Positions 50,401 to 64,000 of a DNA stretch of 64,000 nucleotides are shown in pieces. The stretch is from Auanema rhodensis (lineage: Eukaryota > Animalia > Nematoda). Every line of letters begins with the position of its first letter. Position 1 is the first letter of the stretch. Below the pieces are notes generated by a model. The model ran no database searches, was not told where the DNA came from, and was given only the letters and a program-made list of their open reading frames with translations. Where the stretch lies: the NCBI GenBank assembly GCA_964057225.1, contig OZ059895.1, positions 4,402,001 to 4,466,000 of the forward strand. Direction: 5' to 3'. The position numbers and the translations under genes are program-made.

Positions 50401-52200
50401 AAGTGTGAACTTATATCAGTTGATATCTCGGTGCATTTTCAAGCTAGCGCAAATCTGATAACACAGATCGACGCAGCTTAAAAATCCGCATCGAATGCAG
50501 TATACTTCATTGAGAAACGCTTAATACAAAAATTAGTTATGATCGTTTGAAAAATGATGCATTAGTGTATGTTGAGTTTCCATGTACACTCAACATTGCT
50601 TCCAAAAACATTTTGACAACAATTTTTTCGAAAAATTTCAAAATAATTTAGCAAAAAGTAGATGTTTTTAGATTCCTTTTTTTAAGGCAAAGATGATGGA
50701 CAATGTTTTTAAACGAAAAAATTAATTCTTCAGTGTGAAAATCGAGGATATAAGTGTGAACTTATATCAGTTGATATCTCGGTGCATTTTCAAGCTAGCG
50801 CAAATCTGATAACACAGATCGACGCAGCTTAAAAATCCGCATCGAATGCACTATACTTCATTGAGAAACGCTTAATACAAAAATTAGTTATGATCGTTTG
50901 AAAAATGATGCATTAGTGTATGTTGAGTTTCCATGTACACTCAACATTGCTTACAAAAACATTTTGACAACAATTTTTTCGAAAAATTTCAAAATAATTT
51001 AGCAAAAAGTAGATGTTTTTAGATTCCTTTTTTCAAGGCAAAGATGATGGACAATGTTATTCAACGAAAAAATCAATTCTTCAGGGTGAAAATCGAGGAT
51101 ATAAGTGTGAACTTATATCAGTTGATATCTCGGTGCATTTTCAAGCTAGCGCAAATCTGATAACACAGATCGACGCAGCTTAAAAATCCGCATCGAATGC
51201 AGTATACTTCATTGAGAAACGCTTAATACAAAAATTAGTTATGATCGTTTGAAAAATGATGCATTAGTGTATGTTGAGTTTCCATGTACACTCAACATTG
51301 CTTCCAAAAACATTTTGACAACAATTTTTTCGAAAAATTTCAAAATAATTTAGCAAAAAGTAGATGTTTTTAGATTCCTTTTTTTAAGGCAAAGATGATG
51401 GACAATGTTTTTAAACGAAAAAATTAATTCTTCAGTGTGAAAATCGAGGATATAAGTGTGAACTTATATCAGTTGATATCTCGGTGCATTTTCAAGCTAG
51501 CGCAAATCTGATAACACAGATCGACGCAGCTTAAAAATCCGCATCGAATGCACTATACTTCATTGAGAAACGCTTAATACAAAAATTAGTTATGATCGTT
51601 TGAAAAATGATGCATTAGTGTATGTTGAGTTTCCATGTACACTCAACATTGCTTACAAAAACATTTTGACAACAATTTTTTCGAAAAATTTCAAAATAAT
51701 TTAGCAAAAAGTAGATGTTTTTAGATTCCTTTTTTCAAGGCAAAGATGATGGACAATGTTATTCAACGAAAAAATTAATTCTTCAGGGTGAAAATCGAGG
51801 ATATAAGTGTGAACATATATCAGTTGATATCTCGGTGCATTTTCAAGCTAGCGCAAATCTGATAACACAGATCGACGCAGCTTAAAAATCCGCATCGAAT
51901 GCACTATACTTCATTAAGAAACGCTTAATACAAAAATTAGTTATGATCGTTTGAAAAATGATGCATTAGTGTATGTTGAGTTTCCATGTACACTCAACAT
52001 TGCTTCCAAAAACATTTTGACAAAAATTTTTTCGAAAAATTTCAAAATAATATAGCAAAAAGTAGATGTTTTTAGATTCTTTTTTTCAAGGCAAAGACGA
52101 TGGACATTGTTATTCAACGAAAAAATTAATTCTTCAGGGTGAAAATCGAGGATATAAGTGTGAACTTATATCAGTTGATATCTCGGTGCATTTTCAAGCT
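47330..52200 (+). repeat. Second 7-mer (2,457 bp) higher-order duplication
   Basis: The private TTTGCAAGG variant occurs at 47523 and 49980 (+2457), followed by the same order of monomer types. Boundaries are approximate. Confidence 0.75.
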
Positions 52201-55200
52201 AGCGCAAATCTGATAACACAGATCGACGCAGCTTAAAAATCCGCATCGAATGCAGTATACTTCATTGAGAAACGCTTATTACAAAAATTAGTTATGATCG
52301 TTTGAAAAATGATGCATTAGTGTATGTTGAGTTTCCATGTACACTCAACATTGCTTCCAAAAACATTTTGACAACAATTTTTTCGAAGAATTTCAAAATA
52401 ATTTAGCAAAAAGTAGATGTTTTTAGATTCCTTTTTTCAAGGCAAAGATGATGGACAATGTTATTCAACGAAAAAATCAATTCTTCAGGGTGAAAATCGA
52501 GGATATAAGTGTGAACTTATATCAGTTGATATCTCGGTGCATTTTCAAGCTAGCGCAAATCTGATAACACAGATCGACGCAGCTTAAAAATCCGCATCGA
52601 ATGCAGTATACTTCATTGAGAAACGCTTAATACAAAAATTAGTTATGATCGTTTGAAAAATGATGCATTAGTGTATGTTGAGTTTCCATGTACACTCAAC
52701 ATTGCTTCCAAAAACATTTTGACAACAATTTTTTCGAAAAATTTCAAAATAATTTAGCAAAAAGTAGATGTTTTTAGATTCCTTTTTTTAAGGCAAAGAT
52801 GATGGACAATGTTTTTAAACGAAAAAATTAATTCTTCAGTGTGAAAATCGAGGATATAAGTGTGAACTTATATCAGTTGATATCTCGGTGCATTTTCAAG
52901 CTAGCGCAAATCTGATAACACAGATCGACGCAGCTTAAAAATCCGCATCGAATGCACTATACTTCATTGAGAAACGCTTAATACAAAAATTAGTTATGAT
53001 CGTTTGAAAAATGATGCATTAGTGTATGTTGAGTTTCCATGTACACTCAACATTGCTTACAAAAACATTTTGACAACAATTTTTTCGAAAAATTTCAAAA
53101 TAATTTAGCAAAAAGTAGATGTTTTTAGATTCCTTTTTTCAAGGCAAAGATGATGGACAATGTTATTCAACGAAAAAATCAATTCTTCAGGGTGAAAATC
53201 GAGGATATAAGTGTGAACTTATATCAGTTGATATCTCGGTGCATTTTCAAGCTAGCGCAAATCTGATAACACAGATCGACGCAGCTTAAAAATCCGCATC
53301 GAATGCAGTATACTTCATTGAGAAACGCTTAATACAAAAATTAGTTATGATCGTTTGAAAAATGATGCATTAGTGTATGTTGAGTTTCCATGTACACTCA
53401 ACATTGCTTCCAAAAACATTTTGACAACAATTTTTTCGAAAAATTTCAAAATAATTTAGCAAAAAGTAGATGTTTTTAGATTCCTTTTTTTAAGGCAAAG
53501 ATGATGGACAATGTTTTTAAACGAAAAAATTAATTCTTCAGTGTGAAAATCGAGGATATAAGTGTGAACTTATATCAGTTGATATCTCGGTGCATTTTCA
53601 AGCTAGCGCAAATCTGATAACACAGATCGACGCAGCTTAAAAATCCGCATCGAATGCACTATACTTCATTGAGAAACGCTTAATACAAAAATTAGTTATG
53701 ATCGTTTGAAAAATGATGCATTAGTGTATGTTGAGTTTCCATGTACACTCAACATTGCTTACAAAAACATTTTGACAACAATTTTTTCGAAAAATTTCGA
53801 AATAATTTAGCAAAAAGTAGATGTTTTTAGATTCCTTTTTTCAAGGCAAAGATGATGGACAATGTTATTCAACGAAAAAATTAATTCTTCAGGGTGAAAA
53901 TCGAGGATATAAGTGTGAACATATATCAGTTGATATCTCGGTGCATTTTCAAGCTAGCGCAAATCTGATAACACAGATCGACGCAGCTTAAAAATCCGCA
54001 TCGAATGCACTATACTTCATTAAGAAACGCTTAATACAAAAATTAGTTATGATCGTTTGAAAAATGATGCATTAGTGTATGTTGAGTTTCCATGTACACT
54101 CAACATTGCTTCCAAAAACATTTTGACAAAAATTTTTTCGAAAAATTTCAAAATAATATAGCAAAAAGTAGATGTTTTTAGATTCCTTTTTTCGAGGCAA
54201 AGACGATGGACATTGTTATTCAACGAAAAAATTAATTCTTCAGGGTGAAAATCGAGGATATAAGTGTGAACTTATATCAGTTGATATCTCGGTGCATTTT
54301 CAAGCTAGCGCAAATCTGATAACACAGATCGACGCAGCTTAAAAATCCGCATCGAATGCAGTATACTTCATTGAGAAACGCTTAATACAAAAATTAGTTA
54401 TGATCGTTTGAAAAATGATGCATTAGTGTATGTTGAGTTTCCATGTACACTCAACATTGCTTCCAAAAACATTTTGACAACAATTTTTTCGAAAAATTTC
54501 AAAATAATTTAGCAAAAAGTAGATGTTTTTAGATTCCTTTTTTCAAGGCAAAGATGATGGACAATGTTATTCAACGAAAAAATTAATTCTTCAGGGTGAA
54601 AATCGAGGATATAAGTGTGAACATATATCAGTTGATATCTCGGTGCATTTTCAAGCTAGCGCAAATCTGATAACACAGATCGACGCAGCTTAAAAATCCG
54701 CATTGAATGCACTATACTTCATTGAGAAACGCTTAATACAAAAATTAGTTATGATCGTTTGAAAAATGATGCATTAGTGTATGTTGAGTTTCCATGTACA
54801 CTCAACATTGCTTCCAAAAACATTTTGACAAAAATTTTTTCGAAAAATTTCAAAATAATTTAGCAAAAAGTAGATGTTTTTAGATTCCTTTTTTCAAGGC
54901 AAAGATGATGGACAATGTTATTCAACGAAAAAATCAATTCTTCAGGGTGAAAATCGAGGATATAAGTGTGAACTTATATCAGTTGATATCTCGGTGCATT
55001 TTCAAGCTAGCGCAAATCTGATAACACAGATCGACGCAGCTTAAAAATCCGCATCGAATGCACTATACTTCATTGAGAAACGCTTAATACAAAAATTAGT
55101 TATGATCGTTTGAAAAATGATGCATTAGTGTATGTTGAGTTTCCATGTACACTCAACATTGCTTCCAAAAACATTTTGACAAAAATTTTTTCGAAAAATT

Positions 55201-58200
55201 TCAAAATAATTTAGCAAAAAGTAGATGTTTTTAGATTCCTTTTTTCAAGGCAAAGATGATGGACAATGTTATTCAACAAAAAAATCCATTCTTCAGGGTG
55301 AAAATCGAGGATATAAGTGTGAACTTATATCAGTTGATATCTCGGTGCATTTTCAAGCTAGCGCAAATCTGATAACACAGATCGACGCAGCTTAAAAATC
55401 CGCATCGAATGCAGTATACTTCATTGAGAAACGCTTAATACAAAAATTAGTTATGATCGTTTGAAAAATGATGCATTAGTGTATGTTGAGTTTCCATGTA
55501 CACTCAACATTGCTTCCAAAAACATTTTGACAACAATTTTTTCGAAAAATTTCAAAATAATTTAGCAAAAAGTAGATGTTTTTAGATTCCTTTTTTTAAG
55601 GCAAAGATGATGGACAATGTTTTTAAACGAAAAAATTAATTCTTCAGTGTGAAAATCGAGGATATAAGTGTGAACTTATATCAGTTGATATCTCGGTGCA
55701 TTTTCAAGCTAGCGCAAATCTGATAACACAGATCGACGCAGCTTAAAAATCCGCATCGAATGCACTATACTTCATTGAGAAACGCTTAATACAAAAATTA
55801 GTTATGATCGTTTGAAAAATGATGCATTAGTGTATGTTGAGTTTCCATGTACACTCAACATTGCTTCCAAAAACATTTTGACAACAATTTTTTCGAAAAA
55901 TTTCAGAATAATTTAGCAGAAAGTAGATGTTTTTAGATTCCTTTTTTTAAGGCAAAGATGATGGACAATGTTTTTAAACGAAAAAATTAATTCTTCAGTG
56001 TGAAAATCGAGGATATAAGTGTGAACTTATATCAGTTGATATCTCGGTGCATTTTCAAGCTAGCGCAAATCTGATAACACAGATCGACGCAGCTTAAAAA
56101 TCCGCATCGAATGCACTATACTTCATTGAGAAACGCTTAATACAAAAATTAGTTATGATCGTTTGAAAAATGATGCATTAGTGTATGTTGAGTTTCCATG
56201 TACACTCAACATTGCTTACAAAAACATTTTGACAACAATTTTTTCGAAAAATTTCAAAATAATTTAGCAAAAAGTAGATGTTTTTAGATTCCTTTTTCCA
56301 AGGCAAAGATGATGGACAATGTTATTCAACGAAAAAATCAATTCTTCAGGGTGAAAATCGAGGATATAAGTGTGAACTTATATCAGTTGATATCTCGGTG
56401 CATTTTCAAGCTAGCGCAAATCTGATAACACAGATCGACGCAGCTTAAAAATCCGCATCGAATGCACTATACTTCATTGAGAAACGCTTAATACAAAAAT
56501 TAGTTATGATCGTTTGAAAAATGATGCATTAGTGTATGTTGAGTTTCCATGTACACTCAACATTGCTTCCAAAAACATTTTGACAAAAATTTTTTCGAAA
56601 AATTTCAAAATAATTTAGCAAAAAGTAGATGTTTTTAGATTCCTTTTTTCAAGGCAAAGATGATGGACAATGTTATTCAACAAAAAAATCCATTCTTCAG
56701 GGTGAAAATCGAGGATATAAGTGTGAACTTATATCAGTTGATATCTCGGTGCATTTTCAAGCTAGCGCAAATCTGATAACACAGATCGACGCAGCTTAAA
56801 AATCCGCATCGAATGCAGTATACTTCATTGAGAAACGCTTAATACAAAAATTAGTTATGATCGTTTGAAAAATGATGCATTAGTGTATGTTGAGTTTCCA
56901 TGTACACTCAACATTGCTTCCAAAAACATTTTGACAACAATTTTTTCGAAAAATTTCAAAATAATTTAGCAAAAAGTAGATGTTTTTAGATTCCTTTTTT
57001 TAAGGCAAAGATGATGGACAATGTTTTTAAACGAAAAAATTAATTCTTCAGTGTGAAAATCGAGGATATAAGTGTGAACTTATATCAGTTGATATCTCGG
57101 TGCATTTTCAAGCTAGCGCAAATCTGACAACACAGATCGACGCAGCTTAAAAATCCGCATCGAATGCACTATACTTCATTGAGAAACGCTTAATACAAAA
57201 ATTAGTTATGATCGTTTGAAAAATGATGCATTAGTGTATGTTGAGTTTCCATGTACACTCAACATTGCTTACAAAAACATTTTGACAACAATTTTTTCGA
57301 AAAATTTCAAAATAATTTAGCAAAAAGTAGATGTTTTTAGATTCCTTTTTTCAAGGCAAAGATGATGGACAATGTTATTCAACGAAAAAATCAATTCTTC
57401 AGGGTGAAAATCGAGGATATAAGTGTGAACTTATATCAGTTGATATCTCGGTGCATTTTCAAGCTAGCGCAAATCTGATAACACAGATCGACGCAGCTTA
57501 AAAATCCGCATCGAATGCAGTATACTTCATTGAGAAACGCTTAATACAAAAATTAGTTATGATCGTTTGAAAAATGATGCATTAGTGTATGTTGAGTTTC
57601 CATGTACACTCAACATTGCTTCCAAAAACATTTTGACAACAATTTTTTCGAAAAATTTCAAAATAATTTAGCAAAAAGTAGATGTTTTTAGATTCCTTTT
57701 TTTAAGGCAAAGATGATGGACAATGTTTTTAAACGAAAAAATTAATTCTTCAGTGTGAAAATCGAGGATATAAGTGTGAACTTATATCAGTTGATATCTC
57801 GGTGCATTTTCAAGCTAGCGCAAATCTGATAACACAGATCGACGCAGCTTAAAAATCCGCATCGAATGCAGTATACTTCATTGAGAAACGCTTAATACAA
57901 AAATTAGTTATGATCGTTTGAAAAATGATGCATTAGTGTATGTTGAGTTTCCATGTACACTCAACATTGCTTCCAAAAACATTTTGACAACAATTTTTTC
58001 GAAAAATTTCAAAATAATTTAGCAAAAAGTAGATGTTTTTAGATTCCTTTTTTTAAGGCAAAGATGATGGACAATGTTTTTAAACGAAAAAATTAATTCT
58101 TCAGTGTGAAAATCGAGGATATAAGTGTGAACTTATATCAGTTGATATCTCGGTGCATTTTCAAGCTAGCGCAAATCTGATAACACAGATCGACGCAGCT

Positions 58201-61200
58201 TAAAAATCCGCATCGAATGCACTATACTTCATTGAGAAACGCTTAATACAAAAATTAGTTATGATCGTTTGAAAAATGATGCATTAGTGTATGTTGAGTT
58301 TCCATGTACACTCAACATTGCTTACAAAAACATTTTGACAACAATTTTTTCGAAAAATTTCAAAATAATTTAGCAAAAAGTAGATGTTTTTAGATTCCTT
58401 TTTTCAAGGCAAAGATGATGGACAATGTTATTCAACGAAAAAATTAATTCTTCAGGGTGAAAATCGAGGATATAAGTGTGAACATATATCAGTTGATATC
58501 TCGGTGCATTTTCAAGCTAGCGCAAATCTGATAACACAGATCGACGCAGCTTAAAAATCCGCATCGAATGCACTATACTTCATTAAGAAACGCTTAATAC
58601 AAAAATTAGTTATGATCGTTTGAAAAATGATGCATTAGTGTATGTTGAGTTTCCATGTACACTCAACATTGCTTCCAAAAACATTTTGACAAAAATTTTT
58701 TCGAAAAATTTCAAAATAATATAGCAAAAAGTAGATGTTTTTAGATTCCTTTTTTCAAGGCAAAGACGATGGACATTGTTATTCAACGAAAAAATTAATT
58801 CTTCAGGGTGAAAATCGAGGATATAAGTGTGAACTTACATCAGTTGATATCTCGGTGCATTTTCAAGCTAGCGCAAATCTGATAACACAGATCGACGCAG
58901 CTTAAAAATCCGCATCGAATGCAGTATACTTCATTGAGAAACGCTTAATACAAAAATTAGTTATGATCGTTTGAAAAATGATGCATTAGTGTATGTTGAG
59001 TTTCCATGTACACTCAACATTGCTTCCAAAAACATTTTGACAACAATTTTTTCGAAAAATTTCAAAATAATTTAGCAAAAAGTAGATGTTTTTAGATTCC
59101 TTTTTTCAAGGCAAAGATGATGGACAATGTTATTCAACGAAAAAATTAATTCTTCAGGGTGAAAATCGAGGATATAAGTGTGAACATATATCAGTTGATA
59201 TCTCGGTGCATTTTCAAGCTAGCGCAAATCTGATAACACAGATCGACGCAGCTTAAAAATCCGCATTGAATGCACTATACTTCATTGAGAAACGCTTAAT
59301 ACAAAAATTAGTTATGATCGTTTGAAAAATGATGCATTAGTGTATGTTGAGTTTCCATGTACACTCAACATTGCTTCCAAAAACATTTTGACAAAAATTT
59401 TTTCGAAAAATTTCAAAATAATTTAGCAAAAAGTAGATGTTTTTAGATTCCTTTTTTCAAGGCAAAGATGATGGACAATGTTATTCAACGAAAAAATCAA
59501 TTCTTCAGGGTGAAAATCGAGGATATAAGTGTGAACTTATATCAGTTGATATCTCGGTGCATTTTCAAGCTAGCGCAAATCTGATAACACAGATCGACGC
59601 AGCTTAAAAATCCGCATCGAATGCACTATACTTCATTGAGAAACGCTTAATACAAAAATTAGTTATGATCGTTTGAAAAATGATGCATTAGTGTATGTTG
59701 AGTTTCCATGTACACTCAACATTGCTTCCAAAAACATTTTGACAAAAATTTTTTCGAAAAATTTCAGAATAATTTAGCAAAAAGTAGATGTTTTTAGATT
59801 CCTTTTTTCAAGGCAAAGATGATGGACAATGTTATTCAACAAAAAAATCCATTCTTCAGGGTGAAAATCGAGGATATAAGTGTGAACTTATATCAGTTGA
59901 TATCTCGGTGCATTTTCAAGCTAGCGCAAATCTGATAACACAGATCGACGCAGCTTAAAAATCCGCATCGAATGCAGTATACTTCATTGAGAAACGCTTA
60001 ATACAAAAATTAGTTATGATCGTTTGAAAAATGATGCATTAGTGTATGTTGAGTTTCCATGTACACTCAACATTGCTTCCAAAAACATTTTGACAACAAT
60101 TTTTTCGAAAAATTTCAAAATAATTTAGCAAAAAGTAGATGTTTTTAGATTCCTTTTTTCAAGGCAAAGATGATGGACAATGTTATTCAACGAAAAAATT
60201 AATTCTTCAGGGTGAAAATCGAGGATATAAGTGTGAACATATATCAGTTGATATCTCGGTGCATTTTCAAGCTAGCGCAAATCTGATAACACAGATCGAC
60301 GCAGCTTAAAAATCCGCATCGAATGCACTATACTTCATTGAGAAACGCTTAATACAAAAATTAGTTATGATCGTTTGAAAAATGATGCATTAGTGTATGT
60401 TGAGTTTCCATGTACACTCAACATTGCTTCCAAAAACATTTTGACAAAAATTTTTTCGAAAAATTTCAAAATAATTTAGCAAAAAGTAGATGTTTTCAGA
60501 TTCCTTTTTTCAAGGCAAAGACGATGGACAATGTTATTCAACGAAAAAATTAATTCTTCAGGGTGAAAATCGAGGATATAAGTGTGAACTTATATCAGTT
60601 GATATCTCGGTGCATTTTCAAGCTAGCGCAAATCTGATAACACAGATCGACGCAGCTTAAAAATTTGCATCGAATGCACTATACTTCATTGAGAAACGCT
60701 TAATACAAAAACTAGTTATGATCGTTTGAAAAATGATGCATTAGTGTATGTTGAGTTTCCATGTACACTCAACATTGCTTCCAAAAACATTTTGACAAAA
60801 ATTTTTTCGAAAAATTTCAAAATAATTTAGCAAAAAGTAGATGTTTTTAGATTCCTTTTTTCAAGGCAAAGATGATGGACAATGTTATTCAACGAAAAAA
60901 TCAATTCTTCAGGGTGAAAATCGAGGATATAAGTGTGAACTTATATCAGTTGATATCTCGGTGCATTTTCAAGCTAGCGCAAATCTGATAACACAGATCG
61001 ACGCAGCTTAAAAATCCGCATCGAATGCAGTATACTTCATTGAGAAACGCTTAATACAAAAATTAGTTATGATCGTTTGAAAAATGATGCATTAGTGTAT
61101 GTTGAGTTTCCATGTACACTCAACATTGCTTCCAAAAACATTTTGACAACAATTTTTTCGAAAAATTTCAAAATAATTTAGCAAAAAGTAGATGTTTTTA

Positions 61201-64000
61201 GATTCCTTTTTTCAAGGCAAAGATGATGGACAATGTTATTCAACGAAAAAATTAATTCTTCAGGGTGAAAATCGAGGATATAAGTGTGAACATATATCAG
61301 TTGATATCTCGGTGCATTTTCAAGCTAGCGCAAATCTGATAACACAGATCGACGCAGCTTAAAAATCCGCATCGAATGCACTATACTTCATTGAGAAACG
61401 CTTAATACAAAAATTAGTTATGATCGTTTGAAAAATGATGCATTAGTGTATGTTGAGTTTCCATGTACACTCAACATTGCTTCCAAAAACATTTTGACAA
61501 AAATTTTTTCGAAAAATTTCAAAATAATTTAGCAAAAAGTAGATGTTTTTAGATTCCTTTTTTCAAGGCAAAGATGATGGACAATGTTATTCAACGAAAA
61601 AATCAATTCTTCAGGGTGAAAATCGAGGATATAAGTGTGAACTTATATCAGTTGATATCTCGGTGCATTTTCAAGCTAGCGCAAATCTGATAACACAGAT
61701 CGACGCAGCTTAAAAATCCGCATCGAATGCACTATACTTCATTGAGAAACGCTTAATACAAAAATTAGTTATGATCGTTTGAAAAATGATGCATTAGTGT
61801 ATGTTGAGTTTCCATGTACACTCAACATTGCTTACAAAAACATTTTGACAACAATTTTTTCGAAAAATTTCAAAATAATTTAGCAAAAAGTAGATGTTTT
61901 TAGATTCCTTTTTTCAAGGCAAAGATGATGGACAATGTTATTCAACGAAAAAATTAATTCTTCAGGGTGAAAATCGAGGATATAAGTGTGAACATATATC
62001 AGTTGATATCTCGGTGCATTTTCAAGCTAGCGCAAATCTGATAACACAGATCGACGCAGCTTAAAAATCCGCATCGAATGCACTATACTTCATTAAGAAA
62101 CGCTTAATACAAAAATTAGTTATGATCGTTTGAAAAATGATGCATTAGTGTATGTTGAGTTTCCATGTACACTCAACATTGCTTCCAAAAACATTTTGAC
62201 AAAAATTTTTTCGAAAAATTTCAAAATAATATAGCAAAAAGTAGATGTTTTTAGATTCCTTTTTTCAAGGCAAAGACGATGGACATTGTTATTCAACGAA
62301 AAAATTAATTCTTCAGGGTGAAAATCGAGGATATAAGTGTGAACTTATATCAGTTGATATCTCGGTGCATTTTCAAGCTAGCGCAAATCTGATAACACAG
62401 ATCGACGCAGCTTAAAAATCCGCATCGAATGCAGTATACTTCATTGAGAAACGCTTAATACAAAAATTAGTTATGATCGTTTGAAAAATGATGCATTAGT
62501 GTATGTTGAGTTTCCATGTACACTCAACATTGCTTCCAAAAACATTTTGACAACAATTTTTTCGAAAAATTTCAAAATAATTTAGCAAAAAGTAGATGTT
62601 TTTAGATTCCTTTTTTCAAGGCAAAGATGATGGACAATGTTATTCAACGAAAAAATTAATTCTTCAGGGTGAAAATCGAGGATATAAGTGTGAACATATA
62701 TCAGTTGATATCTCGGTGCATTTTCAAGCTAGCGCAAATCTGATAACACAGATCGACGCAGCTTAAAAATCCGCATCGAATGCACTATACTTCATTGAGA
62801 AACGCTTAATACAAAAATTAGTTACGATCGTTTGAAAAATGATGCATTAGTGTATGTTGAGTTTCCATGTACACTCAACATTGCTTCCAAAAACATTTTG
62901 ACAAAAATTTTTTCGAAAAATTTCAAAATAATTTAGCAAAAAGTAGATGTTTTTAGATTCCTTTTTTCAAGGCAAAGATGATGGACAATGTTATTCAACG
63001 AAAAAATCAATTCTTCAGGGTGAAAATCGAGGATATAAGTGTGAACTTATATCAGTTGATATCTCGGTGCATTTTCAAGCTAGCGCAAATCTGATAACAC
63101 AGATCGACGCAGCTTAAAAATCCGCATCGAATGCACTATACTTCATTGAGAAACGCTTAATACAAAAATTAGTTATGATCGTTTGAAAAATGATGCATTA
63201 GTGTATGTTGAGTTTCCATGTACACTCAACATTGCTTACAAAAACATTTTGACAACAATTTTTTCGAAAAATTTCAAAATAATTTAGCAAAAAGTAGATG
63301 TTTTTAGATTCCTTTTTTCAAGGCAAAGATGATGGACAATGTTATTCAACGAAAAAATTAATTCTTCAGGGTGAAAATCGAGGATATAAGTGTGAACATA
63401 TATCAGTTGATATCTCGGTGCATTTTCAAGCTAGCGCAAATCTGATAACACAGATCGACGCAGCTTAAAAATCCGCATCGAATGCACTATACTTCATTAA
63501 GAAACGCTTAATACAAAAATTAGTTATGATCGTTTGAAAAATGATGCATTAGTGTATGTTGAGTTTCCATGTACACTCAACATTGCTTCCAAAAACATTT
63601 TGACAAAAATTTTTTCGAAAAATTTCAAAATAATTTAGCAAAAAGTAGATGTTTTTAGATTCCTTTTTTCAAGGCAAAGATGATGGACAATGTTATTCAA
63701 CGAAAAAATCAATTCTTCAGGGTGAAAATCGAGGATATAAGTGTGAACTTATATCAGTTGATATCTCGGTGCATTTTCAAGCTAGCGCAAATCTGATAAC
63801 ACAGATCGACGCAGCTTAAAAATCCGCATCGAATGCACTATACTTCATTGAGAAACGCTTAATACAAAAATTAGTTATGATCGTTTGAAAAATGATGCAT
63901 TAGTGTATGTTGAGTTTCCATGTACACTCAACATTGCTTACAAAAACATTTTGACAACAATTTTTTCGAAAAATTTCAAAATAATTTAGCAAAAAGTAGA

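Larger units (their letters stand above)
19952..64000 (+). repeat. 351-bp tandem satellite array, right block (about 125.5 monomers; subfamily with TACTTCATT and mostly TTCAAGGC after about 22 kb)
   Basis: CATCGAATG at 19952 and 63827 are 43,875 bp apart (125x351). The array continues past the window end. Confidence 0.99.

Noticed and set aside
1-64000. CRISPR-like array or RT-associated repeat-spacer system
   Set aside because: Units are contiguous 351-bp near-identical monomers with no unique spacers, and there are no cas genes.

Overview
Eukaryotic heterochromatin- or centromere-type DNA. About 87% of the window is one head-to-tail, AT-rich 351-bp satellite (about 160 monomers). It is interrupted by two near-identical 4,018-bp minus-strand copies of a DIRS1-like tyrosine-recombinase retrotransposon (11147-15164 and 15934-19951). 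Each copy has one long ORF (Gag-like, RT, RNase H, Dam-like methyltransferase), an overlapping tyrosine recombinase (YR) ORF, an internal complementary region (ICR) and an intact 3' terminus, but no left ITR. Main observations: (i) both copies sit at the same phase of the monomer, joined at an ATT that is also the circle-junction core in the ICR, and are bracketed by the same 67-bp satellite direct repeat, while satellite variants differ between copies from about 115 bp outward; (ii) an in-frame A_AAU_UUU slippery site plus stem-loop could fuse Pol to the YR frame, which has no ATG before residue 144, by -1 frameshifting; (iii) the only N-terminal ATG of the polyprotein lies in satellite-matching sequence at the junction; (iv) the insertions lie at a boundary between two satellite subfamilies; (v) the array has 2-, 3-, 7- and 14-mer higher-order duplications and keeps exact 351-bp register over 125 monomers. 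No host genes, RNA genes or CRISPR arrays were seen. The host species cannot be determined from the sequence.
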